A stretch of 13,659 bases of DNA from a virus (Duplodnaviria; Heunggongvirae; Uroviricota; Caudoviricetes). Location: IMG/VR virus record IMGVR_UViG_3300049003_000001, positions 1-13,659 of that record; one strand, given 5' to 3'. A model generated the notes under the pieces. It had not been told where the DNA came from and did not search any database. It saw nothing but the letters and a program-made list of their open reading frames with translations. This document shows positions 6,584 to 13,203 of this stretch, piece after piece (the stretch's first letter is position 1; each line of letters opens with the position of its first letter). The translations under genes and the position numbers were made by a program.

Positions 6584-8224
6584 ATGACTTTGCCATTCGA
6601 CTCAGATGAAATCGACGTAATCGTCGTCCAGGCCCCTTCGGTCGCTCCGGTACTAACCGTAAAGGTTCCGGGTCCGCAGGGGCCACCGGGCGTTTTCGAG
6701 ATGGGTCCGGTGTCCACGGGGTTGCCGGGAACCGATGCAATTGCCGTAACGACCGACGTTAACGGCATTAAGACCGTATCCTTCACCATTCCGCGAGGTA
6801 ACCCAGGCGCGGACGCCCACTTCACGCTAGGTACCGTGAATACGCTTTCTCCGGGCACCCCGGCGTCAGCGAGCATTACCGGAACCGCTCCGAACTATAC
6901 CCTAAACCTCAGCATTCCAAAGGGAGACCAGGGTATTCAGGGCATCCAGGGAATTCAGGGAATCCAGGGTCCGCAGGGAATTGTGGGTCCGAAGGGTGAT
7001 CCGGGTGCGGGCATCTCGATTGCCGGAAGCGTTGCCACATACGCCAATCTTCCGACCGGATTGACCTCGGCAGACGCGGGTAAGGCATACCTCGTAAATT
7101 CAGATGGAAAGCTTTACATTTGGTCCGGCACGTCCTTCCCGACGAATGGAAATGGAACGGTCTTCGTCGGACCGGCAGGCCCGGCTAATACGCTAACGCT
7201 TGGCACGGTCACTACAGGTGCGCCGGGCACAGCGGCGAGCGCGACCGTTACGGGCACCGCCCCAAATCAGACTCTTACCTTGACGATTCCTCGCGGAGAC
7301 GTAGGAGCGACAGGCGCGACGGGTGCCACGGGTCCGGCAAATACCCTGACGATTGGCACGGTCACCACCGCCGCCGCTGGCGGCTCAGCCGCCGCAACAA
7401 TTACCGGGGCATCTCCGAACCAGACCTTGAATCTAACAATTCCTAAGGGCGCTGACGGGGCTAACGGTGCCACTGGTGCTCAGGGACCGGCAGGAACGCC
7501 GGGCGCGGGAATCCTAGTTCTAGGACCGACCGACCCAATCCCAACAGGAACACCGGCCAACACTGTCATCTACCGACCAGCGGTTAAGCAGAATACCTAT
7601 TTTTGGGGTAGCGGTACCTCCTTCCCAGCGGCCGGTCTCGCCACCGGAGACACCTACATTCACACCGGATTGCAGTCGCTCATGCGCTACAACGGTGCGG
7701 CTTGGCGTCAGGTGGAACCGGCCGAGTTGGCGAACAACACAGCGCGCGACGCGATTTCGACAAACTACTCGTCATTGCTCTACAGGGGCTTCACGGTTCT
7801 GGCTGCTGACAGCGGTCGATTCTACAAGTGGAATGGCACGTCCTGGCAGTTCGCCTCGGGTGGAGCGGGGCCGGAAGAATTCGTATTCCCATACAACGCC
7901 AATGTTGTCACCTTCGACCCGGCATGGACTAACCTAAAGTATTGGAAGGATTCTGATGGCTACGTGCGTATCTCAGGAATGTCGAAATTGGCGGTTGCGG
8001 TCAACGCTGGCGTTCAGCTTGCGATGGGCACAATGCCGGTGGGTTACAGGCCGTCTCTAGTAGCCATGATGAATGGAGTTTTGAACACCACGACCGCCAA
8101 CGTTTCCTACCCTGGCCGTATGGACTTCAATTCTGATGGCTCCGTTGTGTTTGTGAACAACTCTGGTCAGACCGCCCCAATCAACAGTTGGTTCAATATG
8201 TCTGGTTTCTACAAGGCGGCCTAA
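6584..8224 (+). CDS. Collagen-like fibre / minor structural protein with a C-terminal receptor-binding-like head
   Basis: 546 aa. G-X-Y runs (GDQGIQGIQGIQGIQGPQGIVGPKGDPG; GATGATGATGP), three clear and one degenerate 'LT(I/L)GTV...IP(K/R)G' repeats, an 86-aa module paralogous to the previous gene, C-terminal 'YWKDSDGYVRISG...GTMPVGYRP'. Confidence 0.82.
   Translation: MTLPFDSDEIDVIVVQAPSVAPVLTVKVPGPQGPPGVFEMGPVSTGLPGTDAIAVTTDVNGIKTVSFTIPRGNPGADAHFTLGTVNTLSPGTPASASITGTAPNYTLNLSIPKGDQGIQGIQGIQGIQGPQGIVGPKGDPGAGISIAGSVATYANLPTGLTSADAGKAYLVNSDGKLYIWSGTSFPTNGNGTVFVGPAGPANTLTLGTVTTGAPGTAASATVTGTAPNQTLTLTIPRGDVGATGATGATGPANTLTIGTVTTAAAGGSAAATITGASPNQTLNLTIPKGADGANGATGAQGPAGTPGAGILVLGPTDPIPTGTPANTVIYRPAVKQNTYFWGSGTSFPAAGLATGDTYIHTGLQSLMRYNGAAWRQVEPAELANNTARDAISTNYSSLLYRGFTVLAADSGRFYKWNGTSWQFASGGAGPEEFVFPYNANVVTFDPAWTNLKYWKDSDGYVRISGMSKLAVAVNAGVQLAMGTMPVGYRPSLVAMMNGVLNTTTANVSYPGRMDFNSDGSVVFVNNSGQTAPINSWFNMSGFYKAA
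6929..6982 (+). repeat. 9-bp tandem repeat encoding collagen (QGI)n
   Basis: CAGGGTATT CAGGGCATC CAGGGAATT CAGGGAATC CAGGGTCCG CAGGGAATT. Confidence 0.9.
7187..7450 (+). repeat. Two 37-aa 'LTxGTV...IPxG' repeats separated by a collagen spacer (153-nt period)
   Basis: 7187-7297 and 7340-7450; a further copy at 6818-6925. Confidence 0.88.
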
Positions 8225-9777
8225 TGACAATTTCTAAGGTTGCTCAGCTAGCCACGAACAACGCCTCCGGGAGCACTTTCACGGTTCCGGCAGGCGTTGC
8301 CGCGCAGCATGCCGCCATTCTGGTTTTGGGCAGTGCCAGCATTGGGGACGTGTGGACGATTCCGGGTTGGACGAGCCTTATTTCTAATCCGGCCGGTGTC
8401 AACAACATGTCGTTTCAGGTATTTACACGAAACGGCGGGCTGGTTGCTGGAAACACATTCACCATCGGGTACAACACGGGAGCCCCGGCTACTCAGCTAA
8501 CCGCAGTGTGGTATGACACCGGAGCACGCGCTATCGATATCGTTGGCACCCCGTGGACTCGCAATGGAGTTTCTTCGGTGGCGGTTACCGCCTCATCGAT
8601 TACCACCCCGGTAGCGACTGACGTAATTCTGATTTCGCAGGAGCGTACGACGGCCAGCGGAACGACGGTCACCGTGTCTCCGACCGCGACGCAGGACGTA
8701 TATCAGGAATCAAATACGTCAACGTTCCCGACGAACAACACCGACACGTCGCACTACATCGGACATTTCGCACAGTCGGCAGCGGGAGCCACCGGGGATT
8801 ATACTGCCACTTATTCCGGCGGGTCCGGTAACGGAGTGGGCGTGCAGCTTAGCATCGCCCCGCCGCCTAAGGCTGCCGCATACGTTGAAACATTCCCTGG
8901 CACCACGGTAGACACGTCAAGGTATATTCTCTCTGCCGCAGGCTCCGTATCAATCGTCAACGGCAGGCTGGCGATTAGGGCTGATGGTATGGCACCTGAT
9001 GCCCTCACCGCCGCGAACCTAGACCTCACCGGATCGACGCTATGTCTGGAAGTAATTCCTGCCGATGGCTCACTTGATCCTACCGATTACACCATTGTTT
9101 CGATGTACCGAGTGGGTTCAGGCGCTAGCAATTACTTTCAGTTCAGCATGTCCGTGCTCAATAGCACTTTCAATATTGATACGTCGGCCGGAAGCGTAGC
9201 GGCACTAACCTACAATGCCACTAATCATCGGTGGGTTCGCTTCCGTCATGTGAGCGGTACCACGGTGGCATTTGACGCCTCCCCCACCGGATTGAACGGG
9301 ACGTGGACCGAGCTTGGCCGCAAGGACGTTGGTTTCGCGCTAAACAACATGAAGCTAGATATGGTTGCCAGCACGGGAATGGCTACCGGAGGTTGGGCGT
9401 ACTTCGACAATATCAACAACCCACCACCGGGCCAGCTTTACACGGCTCAGTTCACAATTTGGGACGGAACGAACGAGCTTACGTTCGACGGCTACCTGCC
9501 GGACGGTAATTACAATTTCTACCTACCGTCCAACGATCCGACCACATTCATCATCCTCCGCACCTCGCCGCTATACGTCGGTGCGAGCGATGCCATTGTT
9601 AACACGTCCCTCTACCCATATCCGGAATACGCTCCGTACCCGAGCACGTCGGTCTACCCGGCGGCTACGAACGAATATCCGGCGGACATTACTTATCCGG
9701 GCGATACGAGCTACCCGACCTCGATGTACCCGAACAGCTATCAGTACCCAGGCACATATTACCCAGGAGGAAACTAA
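8224..9777 (+). CDS. Minor structural protein (517 aa): beta-rich N-domain, LamG/ConA-like middle domain, C-terminal Tyr-Pro repeats
   Basis: Start ATG 8224 overlaps the upstream TAA (TAATG), preferred over the track's TTG 8188. 'YNATNHRWVRFRHVSGTTVAFDASP.G...WTELG...YFDNIN' resembles lectin-like beta-sandwich domains in phage structural proteins. Confidence 0.7.
   Translation: MTISKVAQLATNNASGSTFTVPAGVAAQHAAILVLGSASIGDVWTIPGWTSLISNPAGVNNMSFQVFTRNGGLVAGNTFTIGYNTGAPATQLTAVWYDTGARAIDIVGTPWTRNGVSSVAVTASSITTPVATDVILISQERTTASGTTVTVSPTATQDVYQESNTSTFPTNNTDTSHYIGHFAQSAAGATGDYTATYSGGSGNGVGVQLSIAPPPKAAAYVETFPGTTVDTSRYILSAAGSVSIVNGRLAIRADGMAPDALTAANLDLTGSTLCLEVIPADGSLDPTDYTIVSMYRVGSGASNYFQFSMSVLNSTFNIDTSAGSVAALTYNATNHRWVRFRHVSGTTVAFDASPTGLNGTWTELGRKDVGFALNNMKLDMVASTGMATGGWAYFDNINNPPPGQLYTAQFTIWDGTNELTFDGYLPDGNYNFYLPSNDPTTFIILRTSPLYVGASDAIVNTSLYPYPEYAPYPSTSVYPAATNEYPADITYPGDTSYPTSMYPNSYQYPGTYYPGGN
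9613..9774 (+). repeat. Tyr-Pro (YP) repeat, ~6-residue period
   Basis: 10 YP dipeptides and 13 Tyr in the last 54 aa (YPYPEYAPYPSTSVYPAATNEYPADITYPGDTSYPTSMYPNSYQYPGTYYPGGN). Confidence 0.9.
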
Positions 9778-9780
9778 GAA

Positions 9781-10170
9781 ATGAGTTACAGCAAGCAGAC
9801 GTGGGTGGACGGCGTGAACGGGAATACTCCGATCAACGCCGCTCGCCTCAACAACATGGAAGACGGAATTGCCGCTGCCAACGCGGCCATCCCATTTTTG
9901 AACGGTGTGCAGAACGCGGCGGGACTAAAGGTTGTCACGGGCATTATCAATGCGGTGTTCAGCAATATCTCATACGCAATTCCAACCCCAACGTGGACGG
10001 GATTCACCGCCGCGCCCGTGGTCGTGGCGGTTCCCTCATCGGGTAACACCTATGCGACGTATTGCGAGATTGATAGCGTCACGGCCACCGGATGCTGGAT
10101 TGTCGTCCGATCGGCTGGTGCGAACCTTACCGCGACCATCCCGGTCCACTACATCGCTATTGGCATCTGA
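9781..10170 (+). CDS. Short fibre/adhesin paralogue 1 (shared N-terminal module + H-type-lectin/gp53-like C-terminal domain)
   Basis: RBS AGGAGG 9765-9770. N-term MSYSKQTWVDG...TPINAARLNNMEDGI; C-term 'GFTAAPVVVA...VTATGCWI...VHYIAIG'. Confidence 0.75.
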   Translation: MSYSKQTWVDGVNGNTPINAARLNNMEDGIAAANAAIPFLNGVQNAAGLKVVTGIINAVFSNISYAIPTPTWTGFTAAPVVVAVPSSGNTYATYCEIDSVTATGCWIVVRSAGANLTATIPVHYIAIGI

Positions 10171-10181
10171 TTGAAAAATAA
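10166..10181 (+). repeat. 16-bp intergenic direct repeat, copy 1 (copy 2 at 12288-12303)
   Basis: TCTGATTGAAAAATAA is identical at 10166-10181 and 12288-12303; each spans a TGA stop followed by TTGAAA. Confidence 0.85.
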
Positions 10182-10205
10182 TGATTAAGGAAGGAGAATA
10201 GCATT

Positions 10206-10970
10206 ATGACGTATACAAAGCAGACTTGGAGTGATGGGCAGGCAGGCGCTACGCCCATCACTGCCGCGCGCCTTAATTACATTGAGGCTGGTATCGAGCA
10301 GGTCGCCGGGGTAGTCATGACCAAGGCTCAGCGTGTGGCGCTCTCTGGAATGACTACCGGATATCGAGTATACGAATCCGATACAGGTTTCAGGCTTACT
10401 TACGACGGCACACGATTCCGCTACGACGGAGACCGTGTGGCCGTTGCAACCATCGCCGCCCGCGATTTGCTCACTCCTTACGACAATTTGCTTGCATTTG
10501 TTCAGTCCTCCACGCAGGCTGATGGTGGTGAGTGGGTTTACAACAGCGGCACAAGCTCGTGGATTAAGTTGCATACGTGGAATTACCTTCTCTACAGCAC
10601 TAGTTACTCTTCGTCACTCCCGCTTACCGGCACCCCGGCAGCTATTCCAAGTGGCGTATACAACGTCACAACCCCCGCCGGACGCATCGTGGACGCGGAA
10701 TTCCATTGTCCTCGATGGGGAATTGGTTCCGCCTCCACCGCTTTTATCCGAATGTATGGAAACCCGAGTTCGAATATTCTCGATGGCGCTGAATACTCTA
10801 CGGCAACGGGAGTCGGCATCGCCATTCCGGTAAAGCTTTTCGGTCAGTGGGTCGGCACTGGTGCTGCCGTGCCCCTAGGAGTTCAGTATTGGTGTTCGGC
10901 TGGTAGCTCGGATATTCAGTCCTCGGGAACCAGCGGTAGCCCGATTTACATTAGGTACAAGGTAAGGTAA
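10206..10970 (+). CDS. Short fibre/adhesin paralogue 2 (shared N-terminal module, two 'AR..L..G..V...DT' modules, beta-rich C-terminal head)
   Basis: RBS AAGGAG 10191-10196. N-term MTYTKQTWSDG...TPITAARLNYIEAGI. Confidence 0.75.
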   Translation: MTYTKQTWSDGQAGATPITAARLNYIEAGIEQVAGVVMTKAQRVALSGMTTGYRVYESDTGFRLTYDGTRFRYDGDRVAVATIAARDLLTPYDNLLAFVQSSTQADGGEWVYNSGTSSWIKLHTWNYLLYSTSYSSSLPLTGTPAAIPSGVYNVTTPAGRIVDAEFHCPRWGIGSASTAFIRMYGNPSSNILDGAEYSTATGVGIAIPVKLFGQWVGTGAAVPLGVQYWCSAGSSDIQSSGTSGSPIYIRYKVR

Positions 10971-10983
10971 GGGAGAATAGATT

Positions 10984-11682
10984 ATGTCATATACAAAGCA
11001 GACTTGGAATAACGATTCAGTCGGGGGCACCCCGATTAGTGCCACGCGTCTCAACAACATCGAGGCCGGTATCTTCAACGCCGACTTCCAGACTTGCACG
11101 TCCACTACCCGCCCATCCACCGGATTGTTCGATGGAATGCGAATTTTCGAGACGGACACGAAGGCGTGGGGAATTTACGACGCCACTCTTACTAAGTGGG
11201 TAATGTTCGATACACAGTGGCAGAGTTGGGCGGTCAATCTCACTCTCGGTGCCACCGCCGCGACCACCGACCTAGGCACTGGAATCGTTATCGGCAACGG
11301 CGGTCTGGCGGGTCGCTTCTTCCGCACGGGTCGAAAGATTGATTTGCAGGGGTACTTTGCGGTCGGAAGCACCACTAACTACAGCGGCAAGAATGGATAC
11401 ATTCTCGTGGATTATCCGACTGGCTACCGCCCTGCCTCAGCAATCTCAGTATTCGGGGCAAACTCAGTCGGTGGGCCTGCTCGAATGAATGGTGGTTCGG
11501 GAATTTCGGCAGGATGGTGTATCAACCGATACGACGCCACCTCGACAAACCGCCGAATGTGGTTTGTTGTGTCTGCCAATGAAAACGTTGTTGGGGCTGG
11601 AATCAGTACAGCAAACAACATTACTGCGTCTGGTCACTGGCTGAACTGGTCTAACACCTACGAGACGGCGTTTGAGTCGTGA
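10984..11682 (+). CDS. Short fibre/adhesin paralogue 3
   Basis: RBS GGGAG 10971-10975. N-term MSYTKQTW...TPISATRLNNIEAGI, then 'CTSTTRP...GMRIFETDTK', head with 'GNG...GRFFRTGRKI...YPTGYRP'. Confidence 0.75.
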   Translation: MSYTKQTWNNDSVGGTPISATRLNNIEAGIFNADFQTCTSTTRPSTGLFDGMRIFETDTKAWGIYDATLTKWVMFDTQWQSWAVNLTLGATAATTDLGTGIVIGNGGLAGRFFRTGRKIDLQGYFAVGSTTNYSGKNGYILVDYPTGYRPASAISVFGANSVGGPARMNGGSGISAGWCINRYDATSTNRRMWFVVSANENVVGAGISTANNITASGHWLNWSNTYETAFES

Positions 11683-11704
11683 TTAGAAAAGAGATGATTA
11701 ACTA

Positions 11705-12292
11705 ATGAGCTATACAAAGCAGACGTGGGTTGACGGAGCCACCCCGCTCAGTGCCACGCGCATGAATTACATGGAGGCTGGCATTGCCGCTGCCGCCTCT
11801 GTCATTTGCACGTCCACGACAAGGCCGTCCGCCGGGCTGTTCGCCGGAATGACTATCTTCGAAACTGACACAAAGGCTTCCGCCGTCTACGACGGCACGA
11901 CGTGGCAGTACACCACCCCTCAGGTGTCGGCTCAGGCGTTGATTAACGGCTGGGCGAATTGGGCCGATGGACATACCACCGATAACCCTGTTTATGAGAA
12001 GTTGCAGATCACTCGATTGGGCACCCGCCGCTTTATGAACGGGATGATTACCGCTGCCGTTGCGGCAAACACTTCCAGCGTCTTTTGCACCCTGGCCGCT
12101 GGCGACCGACCGACGCACCGACTCAGCCGTCGCCAGGTGGGGTTGGATGGATACAACTCCAATGTTTCGCCACTTCGAATCGACATTGATCCGGCAACCG
12201 GCAGTGTGACGTACACCTGTGTGGCGGCAATCGCTTTGCAGACTGATTACGTCTATCTGGACTTTTCCTGGAATGTCGCAAACAACGTCTGA
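11705..12292 (+). CDS. Short fibre/adhesin paralogue 4
   Basis: N-term MSYTKQTWVDGATPLSATRMNYMEAGI, 'CTSTTRP...GMTIFETDTK', head 'INGWANW...CTLAAGDRP...LRIDID'. RBS is weak. Confidence 0.75.
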   Translation: MSYTKQTWVDGATPLSATRMNYMEAGIAAAASVICTSTTRPSAGLFAGMTIFETDTKASAVYDGTTWQYTTPQVSAQALINGWANWADGHTTDNPVYEKLQITRLGTRRFMNGMITAAVAANTSSVFCTLAAGDRPTHRLSRRQVGLDGYNSNVSPLRIDIDPATGSVTYTCVAAIALQTDYVYLDFSWNVANNV

Positions 12293-12321
12293 TTGAAAAA
12301 TAACTAAGGGAGAAATACAAT
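12293..12321 (+). promoter_or_regulatory. sigma70-type promoter, probably leaderless
   Basis: TTGAAA (12293-12298, directly after the TGA stop), 17 nt, TACAAT (12316-12321), 6 nt, ATG 12328; same geometry as the 1335-1370 site. Confidence 0.7.
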
Positions 12322-12327
12322 AGGGAT

Positions 12328-13203
12328 ATGAGCGTATACCGTGACACAAATGCCAGCGTAGTCTTTGAGCACCCGCATCCGGGTCCATTGACCGCTACCG
12401 TCTACCGTGACGGCATTTCTCTTACTGCCTTTGAGGATTTGACTCCGACTGATGGAAAGTACACCGTACCGCTGGCCTGGCAGCAGACCGCCTACGACGG
12501 CACGTTGAGCATTGTGTGGACCGACACCACCGATATCACTTTTGAGCGCACACAGGAAGTTGAGGTAGTTACCCCAATCGCTTCCTTCTCTCGTCTTAGG
12601 ACGATTTTCGATGACGCCAACGTGCCATCCGGAGACCTTGCGGACATTGAGGCCAGCGTTCGTGTAGTTATCGAATCCTACACCGGCCAGAAGTTCGGGT
12701 ATTTCGGAAAGGGTAGTCGCAATATTCGTGGCACCGGGGCGCAGAGGGTCTTGCTCGACACCCGCCTGAACAGGCTCACCTCCATCAACGGAGTTTTGCC
12801 AAACACGGTCAGGGTCGGTGCTGACGGCTACTCCCTGATCGTCTCAAACGACGTATTGCTAGAGCTTAGGGAGGCCCCTCCGGAGGAATTCATTCCCGAC
12901 GACAACGGGGTTATCCGTGTGCCAGCATGGTATGTGAAGAACTTCAACGCTAGTGCGACCTACACCGTGACAGGAGAATGGGGCTACGCCGCAGTACCGG
13001 AGGATATTCAGGAGGCGGCGCTTTTGCTGGCAAATGACTACATCACCGGAGATTCGGGATACCGCGACCGTTACCTAGAAATTCTAAAGATTCAGCAGGA
13101 CAGCTTCACGTACCACCCTGGCGCATTCCGAGGAACCGGAAATGCCCGTGCTGACTTGCTGTTGGGTCCGTACCGCCGTAAGACAGGAATGACTCTCCTT
13201 TGA
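12328..13203 (+). CDS. Head-to-tail adaptor (connector) protein with an extra N-terminal beta-sandwich domain
   Basis: 291 aa. 'ASVRVVIESYTGQKF', 'YTVTGEWGYAAVPEDIQEAALLLANDY', 'GTGNARADLLLGPYRR' are typical of gp6/gp15-like adaptors; position precedes a stopper-like gene. Confidence 0.8.
   Translation: MSVYRDTNASVVFEHPHPGPLTATVYRDGISLTAFEDLTPTDGKYTVPLAWQQTAYDGTLSIVWTDTTDITFERTQEVEVVTPIASFSRLRTIFDDANVPSGDLADIEASVRVVIESYTGQKFGYFGKGSRNIRGTGAQRVLLDTRLNRLTSINGVLPNTVRVGADGYSLIVSNDVLLELREAPPEEFIPDDNGVIRVPAWYVKNFNASATYTVTGEWGYAAVPEDIQEAALLLANDYITGDSGYRDRYLEILKIQQDSFTYHPGAFRGTGNARADLLLGPYRRKTGMTLL

Noticed and set aside
8188-8223. Track start TTG 8188
   Set aside because: It would overlap the upstream gene by 37 nt; the TAATG-coupled ATG 8224 is more plausible.
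9365-9784. 139-aa +1-frame ORF overlapping the YP region and ending on the next ATG
   Set aside because: The Thr/Arg-rich sequence is the shifted reading of TAC-CCG repeats; no RBS or slippery site seen.
4954-12292. Diversity-generating retroelement or invertible (shufflon) fibre system
   Set aside because: No reverse transcriptase or recombinase in the window, no near-identical template/variable repeat pair differing at adenines, no inverted cassettes or inverted crossover sites seen; such genes elsewhere in the genome cannot be excluded.
11702-12388. 228-aa minus-strand ORF
   Set aside because: Antisense to paralogue 4, whose + strand reading is supported by the shared N-terminal module.
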